64,000 nt of DNA, from contig OX597835.1 of assembly GCA_951406725.2 (NCBI GenBank), positions 15,562,001 through 15,626,000 on the forward strand, given 5' to 3'. This document shows, one piece after another, positions 1 to 12,879 of the stretch. The notes beneath the pieces are model-generated. The model did not search any database and was not told the DNA's origin. It saw only the letters and a list, made by a program, of their open reading frames with translations. Positions within the stretch are counted from its first letter, which is position 1. Each line of letters begins with the position of its first letter. The position numbers and the translations under genes are program-made. This DNA is from Octopus vulgaris. Taxonomy: Eukaryota.

Positions 1-936
1 CAGTGTTCTGCTGAATTAGGAATTCTAAAAATGCTAGACTTGTACTTCCATCATTGTCGTAATACAAATACCCTTTTTAACATATTTCCTTTCAGTTAGC
101 TCATCACTGTTAATATCGTCTACACTTTTCACAGGTGCTTGTTGCATAAGAGGTTTAGCCATTTCTTCTATACACAAACAATTTTGAAATTAACTTTCAG
201 TTTCAAAGAAAAACAATCTTCCACTCAAATTTCATTGCTAAGTTTAGTTGAGTACTACCAAGCATCATTTACTTTTTTTTTTCTATAATGTTGATCTCTG
301 CCAACTTCAATGGTTTCACTTTCTGGATCATAAAATGAAAGAGTTCTCTGTTTTATGTGGAATAAGTCTCATCCTAGAAAAATTCAAGCAACAACATTCT
401 AAATTTTATCAAAATCTTTTGGGATCTCTTACCATTTGTCTAAGAACATTTTATTAAGGTTTTCAATTCGCATGATGACCAAGTTACATAAATATGAGTA
501 CCATATTTAAAGCATATAAAATGTACAGTTTTTGAAAAAAAAATAAGTCCCCAAAAGATCACCCCTGGTCCTATATGAAAATTTGGGCTTATGTTACATG
601 TTCAATGCACTAAAAACTTCTTGCCAGAATATGTGCTACTGAATCTGGGGTGTGACCCAGATGTTTGTTTTTTTTTTTGTGTTTTTTTTTTTACTTCATC
701 AGATATGATATCGTTCACTTGTTTCAATCATTAGACTGGCCATACTGGAGCACCATGAATTTTTTTTAGTTAAATGAATCAACTCCAGTACTTGGTTTTT
801 TTAAAGCTTGATACTTACTCGTTTGGTCTCCTTTTGCCGCACTGCTAAGTTACTGGGACACAAGCACATCCACATCGGTGGTCAAGTGGTGAGAGACAGA
901 CGCAAACACACACACACACATAGATATGTAAGCATA

Positions 937-969
<33 letters not shown>

Positions 970-1800
970 TATCATTTAATGTTTGTTGTCCATGATGGCA
1001 TGGGCTGGATGGTTTGACTGGGCTGGTATGCTGGAAGGCATACCAGTCTGATTTGGCATGGTTTTCTATGGCTGGATGCCCTTCTTAATGTCAACCACTC
1101 CAAGAGTAATGAGTGCTTGTACGTTCCACTAGCATGGGTACCATTTGTGTGACACCGGGGTGCGTTTATGTGCCAATTTGCATGACACGGTATCTGCCAT
1201 GACTGCGATTTTGCTCGGCTTGATGGGCCGCCTTCTTAAGCACAACATAATGCCAAAGGTCTTGGTCATTGCCTCCGTGAAGCCCAGCACTCGAAATATG
1301 TATCTATATATACACATACAATGGGCTTCTTTCTGTTTCTGTCTGCCAAATCCACTCACAAGGCCTTGGCAAGCCTGAGGCTATAATAGTAGATGACACT
1401 TGTCCAAAGTACTGCACAGTGGGACTGAACCTGGAACCATGTGGTTGAGAAGAAAGCTTCTTGCCACACAGTCACATCTATAAATGTATTTGGTATGCAT
1501 TTAAACTGGCCACATCAGCCCAAATAGCAGCTTTATACACAAACTGGCCAGATCCAGCCTCCCACGCACATACCCTACATCATTTGAAAAATAAATGATC
1601 ACATTGTCAAAATATTGTTGCTATGAGATAATGCATAATTAATTCAAACTAATGTGATTAAACAGAAATCTCATTAGACAGAGTAATCTGAATGTTAAAT
1701 GGTTAAATGTCTGCATTTGTAATTACATGGCCATGTTTAAGAAAATGAAACAACAGGCATTTCACATTTTCAGGAAATGAAACTGGATAATCTTAATCAT

Positions 1801-2075
1801 CATCATCATCATCATCATCATCGTTTAGCGTCCGTTCTCCATGCTAGCATGGGTTGGACGGTTCGACCGGGGATCTGGGAAGCCAGAAGGCTGCACCAGG
1901 CTCCGGTCAATGTTTCTACAGCTGGATGCCCTTCCTAACGCCAACCACTCCGTGAGTGTAGTGGGTGCTTTTTACGTGCCACCTGCACTGGTGCCAGGCG
2001 AGGCTGGCATCAGCCACGGTCGGATTGGTGCATTTTACGTGCCACCTGCACGGAAACCAGTCGAGGCGGCACTGG
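1801..2075 (-). mobile_element. Family B element (RTE-LINE 3'-tail-derived, (GAT)n tail)
   Basis: Shared block ccatgctagcatgggttggac...ggatgcccttcctaacgccaaccactc next to (CAT)n; recurs many times in the window. Confidence 0.8.
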
Positions 2076-2509
2076 CTTTTATTATTGAATGCACACACAT
2101 TACTTTCATTATTTTGGCCGGTACAGAGGTGCTCCTGGCCTTTTTGTTTCTACTGCAAAAAACAACAGAAAAGCATTGTGACTCTAATAACATTATATAA
2201 CTTTTACTCAAAGGTGTTATAAGCAAAAAGATCTTGCTGAGCAACTGACTGAATCACTTAAAGTTTAATTATGCTAATTAACTCCTATATTAAAGAACAA
2301 CTGGACGAATGTTTAATTTCTGGCACCAGTACATGAATGCACTTCACCACTGTCAACTATCATTTTCACTGTTGCTTCTCTCCTTCAGAATATAAACAAT
2401 CTAATATTACATCATTGCCATTGCTTCTAACATTGTTGGTATCCTGATCACTACAACTGTTATCCTGCTGTTATCTGTATCCCTCATGGAAATCATTAAT
2501 AAATGCATA

Positions 2510-4030
2510 GATGCAGGCATGGCTGTGTAGTAAGAAGTTTGCTTCCTAACTACGTGGTTCCAGGTTCGGTCCCACTGCGTGGTATCTTTGGCAGGTGCTT
2601 TCTACTATGGCCACAGGCTGACCACAGCCTTGTGAGTGGATTTGGTAGACGGAGATAGAAAGAAATCCATCGCTTCAGGTTTGCAAGGACAGATTGGAAT
2701 CAAAGCGCCTCAGAATTAATTTAGCAAAGACCAAAATATTGATAAGTTGGAAAACAGACAAATCACAGATCCCTTCAGGGAGATGGGTCTGCTTGATATG
2801 TGGAAAAGGTGTTGGGAAAAACTCCATAAGGTGTACCCAGTGCAAGCTATGGACACATATGAGGTGCAGTGGTATCACTTGAAGACTAACAGAGAAAATA
2901 GTCTTTACATGTGGCAGATGCACTGGTACATTAAACACCAGGAATGTACAAAAGATAGACTCCCTCAATATCAGAGGGGATCCTTAGTAGTAGTAAGTAG
3001 TTTCTATTATTTAGGCAGCCAAGTTAGGATTGGGGGAGGTTGTTCTGAAAAGGCTGGGCAAAGTTCAGAGAGCTCTGTTAGTAATGAAGGGCTTCTCCTT
3101 CAGAGTGAAAAGCAGATTGTATGATGCTTGTATATGAACAGCCATGCTATGTGGCAGTGAGACATGGGCTGTGACCTTGAAGATATGTGAAGGCTTGAAA
3201 GAAATGAATCTAGTATGCTCTGCTGGAGGAGTAATGTCAGTGTGCATATATGACAGAGTGTAAGTGATTTGAGAGAAAAACTGGGCATACGTAGCATCTG
3301 ATGTAGCGTGTGAGAGAGAAGACTGCACCGGTATGGCCATGTGATGCATATGAAGGCAGTTGCATCAAGAGGTGCTGAGCTCTAATTGTGGAGGGAACAT
3401 GTGGAAAGAGTAGACCCAGGAAGACATGGGACGAAGTGGTGAGAAAGGATCTACAGATTTTGGGACTCATGGAGGGGATGACAGGGGACTGAGATTCATG
3501 GTGATTTGCTATATTTGAAAGCATGCCAAGCTAAGTAAAAGCGTTGGTTGTCCTTGCATACAGGCTTGTCCCCTGCATCCCTGCATTCCTCTCCAGCTGA
3601 GCATTCCTAATCTTGCAGGCTCATAGATGCTGGTACCATGTAAAAGGTACCTGTACTGGTGCCTCGTAAATGCACTTGTACTGGTGCTGTGTACACTCTG
3701 TAAAGTGGTTGGTGTTAGGAAGGGCATCCAGCTGTAGAAATTATGCCAAAACAGCTAGTCAGCTCCTGTCAAACCATCCAACCCCATGCCAGCATGGAAA
3801 ATGGACGATAAATGAGTGTGTGTGTGTTTGTCCCCCACCATTGCTTGACAGCTGACTGATGTTGGTTTGTTTATGTCCCCTGTAACTTTGTGGTTCAGCA
3901 AAAGAGAATGATAAAATAAGTCCCAGGCTTAAAAAAAAATAGTAAGTACTGGAGGTTGATTCATTTGACTAAAAGTTGCTGATGGTGGTGCTCCAGCATG
4001 AGCTGAGTCTAATGACTGAAACAAAAGAAA
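2510..4030 (+). mobile_element. tRNA-derived SINE family A split by an RTE LINE insertion (head about 2510-2670, tail about 3816-4030)
   Basis: Head has A-box-like tggctgtgtag and B-box-like ggttcggtccc; the tail matches the second half of intact copies at 17052 and 26078. Confidence 0.7.
2674..3815 (+). mobile_element. 5'-truncated degenerate RTE-type LINE (RT C-terminus, Cys-rich PHD-like segment, 3' UTR)
   Basis: Translations LRINLAKTKI, CLICGKGVGKNSIRCTQCKLWTHMRC, FYYLGS, MLCGSETWA and RPRKTW; frameshifts and stops; the 3' end equals family B. Confidence 0.85.
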
Positions 4031-5703
4031 AGAAAAGAAAAAAAGATAAAATGCAAAAGTTTTGTGAACAATACCTGCTGACTGTGAGATGTAATTTGCA
4101 GCATGATTAGTTTGCTGGCAGTTAGGCAGAGGGTTGGCATGTTGGACTCTGATATATTTTAGTTGTGTAGTGTTTTTGACTATATTACTGAATCTGATAT
4201 ATTTGTCTGGCAATGCTCTAAGAGTTAATGAATCAACATATAGACAGTAGGGCTTTTTAATGTTTTTTTTTTATTACTCTGAAATAGTGATTTAATACTG
4301 GCATTATTAATGCTATTGAGACCCCCCCCCTCACCGAGTAATACTGTTGTTATTAAAAAATGAAACAAGTGTCTCTACAAGCATTTATCTATGTAGGACA
4401 TTTTATTGCCCTCTCCCCCACCAGTTCTTATAAATAAGCTTATCTTTTGCCAGAATGCCTCATAAAGACTAGTAATGAGCTCAATGAAGCCAATCCATTA
4501 TATGTGCACCGTCTCTCAGCAGCTACTGCGGTTCCTGGAACAATGCATTGCCAAACAGTATCAGCGTTGCTGCAATTTAATTATTAACATATCGATGTTA
4601 ACCTTTTTTTTCCATTAATTGTATTTTCCGAAGACCCAAAATTGTCGAACTGTAATTAAATGCCTACCCAACTTATCAATGGGAATTCCTGAAACCATTG
4701 TTTAATGTTATCACACTTGATTCCAAGTCTTCTATGAGAAGTTATTAGATGAGGTGTTGAAGTATGAGAGAAGAGGCCAGAGTTCTGTTGCTGGCCACTT
4801 ACATAGTTCTAAAATATAAAGATTATTTGCAGAAGTTTGGCATTTTAAGTGCAACACCTTGCAAATGAAAATTTGAGGACTAAGCATTGACAGACATTCA
4901 TCTTCACCTTAATCCTTTAGTATCAGGATTACTCTCAGATGTAATGCTTATTTATTCACATTGTTTTGAATTAATTATGCATTACCTCAGAGCTTGGGGA
5001 TTTCAATGGTGTGATTGCTTTTTTTTGTTTTGTTTTGTTTTAGTGACATTGTAAGATAAAAGGCCAGATCTGGCCTGTGTAAACATAAAACAGGTGGCTT
5101 GATGTGGCCAGTTTGAATACTTTGAGGTTAAGCATATTTCTTTCCTTAAATCTATCTGTAACTTTCTCATAGAAGGTCTGACTTGAAATTTTAAATCTTG
5201 GCAATAATGAAGAATTGATTGTTGTATATGCATCAAGTTGTCCAGGTGAACAAGCTCAAAAGCACTAACCACATAAGGAAAGTGTCTTCTCCAGTTTATG
5301 GTGAAGGTGCATGGCTTAGTGGTTAGGATGTTGCGCTCATGATCACAAGGTCATGCTTTGAATTACTAGACTGGCGGCTGTGCATTGTGTTTGTTGTTGC
5401 TCCAGTCCACTCAGCTGTGAATGGGTAACCTTGTGATGGATTGATGGTGACTCAGGAAAATCAGCCAAAATGAAGGTCCTGGGAGCCACGTTTTGTATTC
5501 AGCAGTTGAAAGGATGAATAGTACAACCTGCACTGGCTCCTGACTCGACTCTTTGGGATTAGTCGTTGAACCGTGTCAAAGGTCAACGAAAAGTATAACA
5601 GCTCAAGTCATCCTTGTCACTAGTTACCTTTGAAGTCATCTTTGAACAGTCAGCTTACCTGGAAAGAAACACTGCAGTTATTTATGGGTTGAAATTAATG
5701 CAT

Positions 5704-6033
5704 ATATAGGAGCACTCCGTCAGTTACGACGACGAGGGTCCCCGCTGATATGATCAACGGAACAGCCTGCTCGTGAAATTAACGTGCAAGTGGCTGAGCA
5801 ATCCACAGACATGTGTACCCCTAATGTAGTTTGCAAGGAGATTCAGCGTGACACAGAGTGTGACAAGGCCGGCCCTTTGAAATGCAGGTACAACTCATTT
5901 TTGCCAGCTGAGTGGACTGGAGCAACGTGAAATAAAGTGTCTTGCTCAAGGACACAACGCGTCGCCGGGAATCGAACTCATGACCTTACAATCGTGAGCC
6001 GAATGCCCTAACCACTAAGCCACGCGCCTTCAC
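5704..6033 (-). mobile_element. tRNA-derived SINE (family E variant) with 15-bp TSD
   Basis: TSD TTGAAATTAATGCAT at 5689-5703 and 6034-6048; tRNA-like head on the minus strand; tail shared with the 48974 copy. Confidence 0.85.
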
Positions 6034-6358
6034 TTGAAATTAATGCATGCACAATTTCACTGCTTTAGCATCACCATTTCATAGTGAACCTATGAACTTT
6101 TCTAGGCCACCCTTGTAGAGTTGTCTCAGTGCATGTCAGAAATACTTCAGGCTTTTATTGTATCAAAGGCCTATTTTGTTTTACTTTCTTAACTGTCAAT
6201 CATTATCAGGTTACAGAACAGCTTTGAAGTTTTGTCTCATTTGACTTGTGTTTGAATAACCTTTGACTATGGTCAATATTTGAATTGTGTTTAATTTTCC
6301 ACAATAAATTTATAAGTTTTGGCTTGTTTTTTAAAAAAAAAAAATTTTTTTTTTCCAG

Positions 6359-6456
6359 TGAAGATGAAATCCTCCATCATGCAGAAGAATATGAATCTTT
6401 TTACTCAACATTTGTCGCCTTATCAGCTCACTATTTGGGAGCAAATGCAGGTTCCG
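6359..6456 (+). CDS. UBR4: UBR4 exon 1 of window: (S)EDEILHHAEEYESFYSTFVALSAHYLGANAGS
   Basis: ttttccag|...|gtaagt; matches human ESEILHHEKQYEPFYSSFVALSTHY; phase 2 to 1. Confidence 0.92.
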
Positions 6457-6689
6457 GTAAGTAACTCCTTACAATTGTTGTTGAATTCCCATTTTTACTT
6501 ACCAGCCTGAGTTAGACAGGTCTTAGTGTCTTGCTATGTCTTGTGGTCCTATATTTATAGTACACACCAATACATTCAAATAAAAAGAGGGCATACATCC
6601 ACCAGTTCAGACATTTAACAAAATTTATTGCTTTCATGTCTGTTGTAAAGTTGGATGGCATTAGTGCCAATTATCTTTCATAAGCTTTC

Positions 6690-6990
6690 AAGGGCACCAT
6701 TCGAGCGTGATCATTACCAAAGTCGCCTTCTGGCACCTGTGCTGGTGGCATGTATAAAAGGATTCCAGCGAGGTTGTTGCCAGTACCTGACTGGCCCCCG
6801 TGCCAGTGGCACATAAAAAGCACCCACTACACTCTCGGAGTGGTTGGCGTTAGGAAGAGCATCCAGCTGTAGAAACTCTGCCAAATCAAGACTGGAGCCT
6901 GGTGCAGCCATCTGGTTCGCCAGCCCTCAGTCAAAATCGTCCAACCCATGCTAGCATGGAAAGCGGACGTTAAACGATGATGATGATGAT
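6690..6990 (+). mobile_element. Family B element
   Basis: aaaagcacccactacactctcggagtggttggcgttagg...ccaacccatgctagcatgg followed by (GAT)n. Confidence 0.8.
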
Positions 6991-8647
6991 GAAGCTGGGT
7001 GGTAATATGCTGCATCTCTTTGTTGACAAGAGTTCTGAAGTCTCATCTCTAAGTTGTAGTAAGATGTTTTTTCTTGTTATAATATTACTGCCTCAGGTGT
7101 GGCTACCACCAGAATCTAGAGCCATCGGGCAACAGATTTGCTGGGTAAGAAAATGTAGCATTCCCACAATGCTACATTGCATCCCATGTGTCCAGTCACT
7201 GCACGTCGGTGGCAGTGATGTCCTCGGGAAGGAATAGCAAAGTATATCTTGAGCATTGGATCTGCAGATTACAGCTGTTCTACAGATCACTACCATGCTG
7301 TAGGGTTTCTTGATCTGCACTGTCTTGAGTTAAACAGTAACTTACTGTTTGTCTAAAGTAAAATTAAAACCTTTTGATTTTTTTTCCTGATAATTTTAAC
7401 ATCCTGAGGGAAAGAAAATTCTCGATTTATTTATAGAACCAGTTGCTTTTGATTATTCCTTTTGTTACTAACCCGGCCAAAACCAGCTCTGGCTCTGTGG
7501 TAAAATGTCTTGTTTTCATAAATTTTGAATTAAAATCTTCCACCAAACCTTAGTCACAATTTATGTTCCTAACACTAGCTTAACGATAACTATGTTATTT
7601 TACTAAATTCTTTGTCATATTTAAAATAATTGAAAGAAACACAGAGCACCTCAAAATAAATACAGTAACGGAAGGGTTAAACATCATTTTACTAACATTG
7701 CTTAAGTTTTATGAAGATTTCTACAGCAGCAATATGTTGCCTGCTGGGCTGTCAGTGAACATTAAGAGAAGTTCACTTCCAAACCATGTGGTTTCAAGTT
7801 CAGCCTCACTGCATGGTACCTGAAACAAGTGTCTGCATCTGTAGCTCTGAGCTAAGCAAACCTTTGGTTTCGTTAGGCAGAAACTGAATGAAGGTTCTGT
7901 GTGTATGAGTATGTGTACAAGTGCTTATGTCTCCTTGTCTTAACATCATACAAATAGTTATATATAAATCATCATCATCATAGAAACCATGTTCTTTGTT
8001 CGGGTTAGAATAATCTTTTTGTTTGAGTTTTTTTTTTTATACGTGTTTAATCAGGCATGACCACCTAAGACATTTACTTTGCAGCTACGCAGTTTCACAT
8101 CAGTTCCACTGTGCTGTATCTTGGATAAGTGTCAAGTGGAGATGTTTTGAGAAGGAAATTGGGTGAGCGGCCCAATTGCATGCATGTGTGCATGTGTACA
8201 CATACACACACACACACACACACACCGGAATCTCAGTTTCACTGAGGTGGACAGATCCTTTGTCAACTTCTATGTGAAGTTCAAAGTTGTGAGATCAGCC
8301 TTCACCACTTCATCCCACGTCTTCCACTGCCATAAGTTCCATCTACTTTAAATGATCAGTACTTCTACACACACACACTTTTATGTATACAAATTACTAT
8401 AGAATATTATGCTGCGTCATTCATAATATGAATCATTCAACATAATATTTTACAGTCATTTGTTCAAACAAGGTCACTATTCCGCCTCCTGTCATTCACT
8501 TACACAATGGTAGACAGTTGGGGAGATGTATTTTTAGCCTCTATTAGTTGGGTTTTTGTTTTCAAATTGAGTAAACATTTCATATTAACAAATCTTGTCT
8601 TATGAAAATACGAAAAATCTTTTCCATGGTTTTTTTTTTTATTTCAG

Positions 8648-8751
8648 TTACAAAGGTTAATTTACCATGTGTCATATCTGCGACAAAAGTTTTATTGGCT
8701 TTCCTTGTGAACAGATTACAAAAACACAGTACGAATTGTACTATTTCACAG
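8648..8751 (+). CDS. UBR4: UBR4 exon 2: VTKVNLPCVISATKVLLAFLVNRLQKHSTNCTISQ
   Basis: atttcag|...|gtaaga; aligns to human ACKVLIEFSLLRL...CAVSQ; phase 1 to 0. Confidence 0.9.
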
Positions 8752-9002
8752 GTAAGATTTGATGCAATTTGCATTTAAAAAATTTTTTTTTTTTTTTTTT
8801 TTTTGGTCAGGTGCAAGAATGCGAATAAAAATCTGTATGTTAGAAAAATTTGAAATAAAGAAATTAAGATACCTTAGATAGGCTATTCATGATTTTGTGT
8901 GTGTAGATGGAGCAGATATGCATATACAAAATAGTTTTTGAAGAGTGGACAAAGTTTGCTTCTCAGCTCTGTGCTTTTCCAGTTTGGTTTCACTGTGCCT
9001 TA

Positions 9003-9040
<38 letters not shown>

Positions 9041-9250
9041 TGCTTGCATGTATGTCATCTTTTAACACTTGTCTTCTGTACTGGTGTGAGTTGGACTATG
9101 TATGTGTGTGTGTGTAGGCTTCTCAATCATATGGTTCCAGGTTCAGTCCAGTGTGTGGTACCTTGAGCAAGTGTCTTCTACTATAGCTTCAGGCCAGCCA
9201 AAGCCTTGTGAGTGGATTTGGTAAACAGAAACTGAAAGAAGCCTGTTGTA

Positions 9251-9294
<44 letters not shown>

Positions 9295-10993
9295 ACCACT
9301 GCTTGACAACTGGTGTTGGTGTGTTTACATCCCTGTAACTTAGCAGTTCAGCAAAAGGGATGATAGAATAAGTACAGGCTTTATAAAACACATAAGTACT
9401 GGCATCAATCCATTCGACTAACAAAGAAAAAAGATAAAAATTCTTGAAGGTGGTGCCCCAGCATAGCCACTGTCTAATGACTGAAATAAATAAAAGATAA
9501 AAGGCACACACACACGTATTGTGTGTGTGTGTGTGTGTAATCATTTATTGTTCTGTTTTCCATACTGGCATGGTTTGGTAAGCCAGAAGACTGTACCAAG
9601 CTCTAATATCTGTTTTAGTATAGTTGCTACTTTTGGATGCCCTCCCTAATACTGTCTGCTTCACAGAGTGTACTGGGTACTGTATGGCACTACCACTAGT
9701 GAGGTTGCAAAGTAATTCGCAACCAGGGGAGTATATTAGTGAGGGAGGTGACTTAATTCCTGGTGATAAGAAGTAAAATAGAGGGGCTTAGGAAGAAGGT
9801 AATGATGAGATGTCAGGTCATACCCTCGAGTAACAGAGAGGTGAATATCAGAGAACTGGGGGCAAAGAGGATTGGATAGGGTGAGTGGGTCAGGAAGCAA
9901 GTTTGCAAGAGTGTGAAAGGAAAGTGGCTGATGGATTGACATCGTGAATACCAGGGGGTTTTGGGGGGAGGGAGGTTGTGGGTCGAGGAGTTAATAGGTA
10001 GCAGCATAGATGATAAGTGTGTGTGGGTGGGATATGAGGTATGCCCAATGCAAGGGTCAGGGTCAGAGGTTCATAGGAGTGGAAGTGGTGAGAGAGAAAC
10101 AGGTGGTGTGGGAGTTGCCATTAGCGAAATGAGGGGGGAATATACAGGAGGAAAATGGGAGTTCCATGGGAAATCAGATGGTAAGAAATGATACTACGAA
10201 TGTGGGAGACAAAGGAAGTGGTTTTAGGGAGCATGAATGATAGGGGGAAGAAATTTGTGCAGTTTTGCTCTCATAATTTCAGCAGCTCAATGAATAGTGG
10301 TTTGGTCAGTTGAGTGATGGGGTGGAGATGTGAGTGTTAGGAAAATGTGTTGTTGGGGAGAGAGACATCAAGAAGAGATAGGGTGCATAAACACAAATGA
10401 TATGCTTTTAGGGCCTCATTTTCTCTTGGATGGGTTTCTTGAGCAAAACAAATTACCAATCATTTTCTGTTGGATATTTGAAGGAATCTATTTCCTGTGT
10501 GTTCTTAGTGTGCATTGCTCCTGTGCATGCCACACACCAAGTCTACTTTATCTGTTAACCTTCCAGTGGCACTCGTGTGTTTCCACAGTTTGCACTGGAT
10601 ACACCGTATGAAATTTCTACATTACAAGAAGGGCCATTTTTCTGCAGGGATTAGTGATTTGTCTGCTTTCCTGTTTACTAAAACTTAGGAGTATTTTCTA
10701 AGTTAACTTTGATTCCAGCTTTATTTCTAAAAGCTGGAATTTTTTTCTAATTTTACTATAGTTTGTCATAAGAACATGGTCATCAACATTGAACGAGTTC
10801 CCATGGGAAACCACCAGTCTTAAACTTCTCTGTTATTACCTGGAGGACTATGATAAATGAGGGAACTGAGAACCAAGCCTTGGGGAATTCCTACATGCAC
10901 ACTTAATTTGTTGCTATAGTTAACTTTCACCTTATTGTCAGCACCCCAGAACGTACCTTGGACAGCTTTTACCAACCATTATCTACCCCCAGC

Positions 10994-11224
10994 GGTGAGC
11001 TGGCTGAAACGTTTGCATGTCGGGCGAAATGCTTAGCGGTATTTCGTCTTCTGCCGCTACGTTCTGAGTTCAAATTCCGCCGAGGTCGACTTTGCCTTTC
11101 ATCCTTTCGGGGTCGATTAAATAAGTACCAGTTACGCACTGGGGTCGATGTACTCGACTTAATCCGTTTGTCTGTCCTTGTTTGTCCCCTCTGTGTGTAG
11201 CCCCTTGTGGGCAGTAAAGAAATA
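10994..11224 (+). mobile_element. tRNA-derived SINE family D with 16-bp TSD
   Basis: TSD ATTATCTACCCCCAGC at 10978-10993 and 11225-11240; B-box-like gagttcaaattcc; central gcctttcatcctttcggggtcga block. Confidence 0.9.
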
Positions 11225-11642
11225 ATTATCTACCCCCAGCTTCCACAGCAACAACCAGATGAGGTAGCAAGGGATGCTGCTAAAAGCTTTCCCATGCCAA
11301 CATAAACCAAGTAGAGCATTTTATTTTTGGCTAAATTCTTTTGCAGTTGCCTTCCTAGGTGGATAGCATCTGTACTGCTGCTCTCTGGCACAAAACCAAA
11401 CTGCATCTTATCTAGGCTAGCTCTCTTCCTAGTTAGTTGAGCTATAGCTCTTTCTGTAAACTTCAGGATCTGGTCCAGTAATCTGATACGTCTGTTGTTA
11501 CTTCTGTCTAAAGCATTTCCTTTACCTTTGTAACAGTTCATTATCATGCTGCTGCACTAGTCTTTGGCTATGATACCTTCCTGGTCAACCTGATTATTTA
11601 TACAGGTGACTAGGCTGTATCCCCCACTGCCAGATATTTTAA

Positions 11643-11863
11643 CCCTTTAGTGTTCACATTATTCTGCCAAAATTAATGCTTTTTTATCCACATTGTTTTG
11701 AATTAATCATGCATTATCTTGTAGCTATGAGATTTTGATGAGGTAGCTGTTCATTTTTAAAGCGATATTGTAGGGTTGGTGTGAGAGACCAGATCTGGCC
11801 AGTTTGAACATAAAACAGGCAGACTACTTTTGGCCGGATATGGCCTGTTTAAATGCTAGAGGG
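11643..11863. mobile_element. piggyBac-like MITE family C1
   Basis: TTAA at 11639-11642 and 11864-11867; termini CCCT...AGGG. Removing it restores the LINE frame K-M-L-K-I-S. Confidence 0.88.
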
Positions 11864-12879
11864 TTAAGCATCTTGGCGGTAATTCCTGATGGACCAGAGG
11901 TTTTCCCTGTCTTCATATTTTTAATTGATTTTTTTTTTTTTATCATACTGCTCTCAGCAAGGATAGCTGGTCCTTTTTTGGGGTCCACATTAGAAAGATT
12001 TCTTTTTTTATGTATTCTCTGTATTTAGTAGCACTTTCATGTCCCCTAAGTGCAAGTGTACCATCATCCATCTTGATACACTTCCCTCTTTCCAGAAGAT
12101 TTGGCAAACCTCTTCTTTTCTGCTACTCCTATGCTCCCAATCTTTCCAAGCCTGTTTATTTGCTTTTATATCTCTTCCTGCTTCATTGTTCCACCAATAT
12201 ATCATCCTTGGTCTGCAAGACTGTACTTACGTCTCTGAGTGTGTCATCATCATCATTTAAAGTTTGTTTTCTATGCTGGTATGGGTTGGACAGCTTAACA
12301 GGAGCTGGCAAGTCAGAGGACTGCACTAAGTTGCACTGTCTGTTTTGGCATGGCTTTTACAGATGGATGCCCTTCCTAGAACCAGCCACTTTTCAGATTG
12401 GATTGTGTGTTTTTCATGCGGCTTCAGTACTGGCGAGGTCTATTTCAGCATGGTTTTTATGGCCGGACACCTTCCAAATGCCAGTCATTTTACAGTGTGG
12501 ACTGGATGTTTTTTTTACATATCACCAGAACTGGTGAGGTCACCAACGAACTTGCAAGATGAAGATCTTTTGAGATGGGTGAAGTACTGGAGGAGGTGGT
12601 TTTGTGCCAAGTGATGAGAGTATGACAGAGTGACAAAAACAGTTGTCTTGCTGCAGAGGAGATACATGATTACCACAGTTGAAGAGAGAGAGAGGGGAGG
12701 AGGAGAGAGTGGAAGAGAACAAGAGTGAGAGATGGTGGCAGTGTGCCAGAGCATACTCTCAAGGTGTATGAGAGGAGAATATAAATTGGGTGGTAGGGCA
12801 TTGCTAAGAGTGCACGAGTAGGCATGTTTATGATCAGATGATGAATATTCTTTTGAGGGATTTCTTGCCAAGTTTCATA

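Larger units (their letters stand above)
10470..12240 (-). mobile_element. Degenerate RTE-type LINE RT region, interrupted by a SINE and a piggyBac-like MITE
   Basis: Minus-strand peptides MKTGKTSGPSGITAKMLKIS, YKGKGNALDRSNNRRIRLL, MQFGFVP..STDAI, VGIPQG, PWEL and CIQCKLW. Confidence 0.85.

Noticed and set aside
4454-4590. Acceptor-like cttttgccag followed by a short open frame (CLIKTSNELNEANPLYVHRL...)
   Set aside because: In the phase needed for this intron it hits TAG after five codons; there is no UBR4 similarity and no good donor.
1-6358. Search for the UBR4 start exon or promoter
   Set aside because: No segment resembling the recalled N-terminus with a phase-2 donor was found. The region is repeat-rich intron-like DNA, so the first exon is probably upstream.
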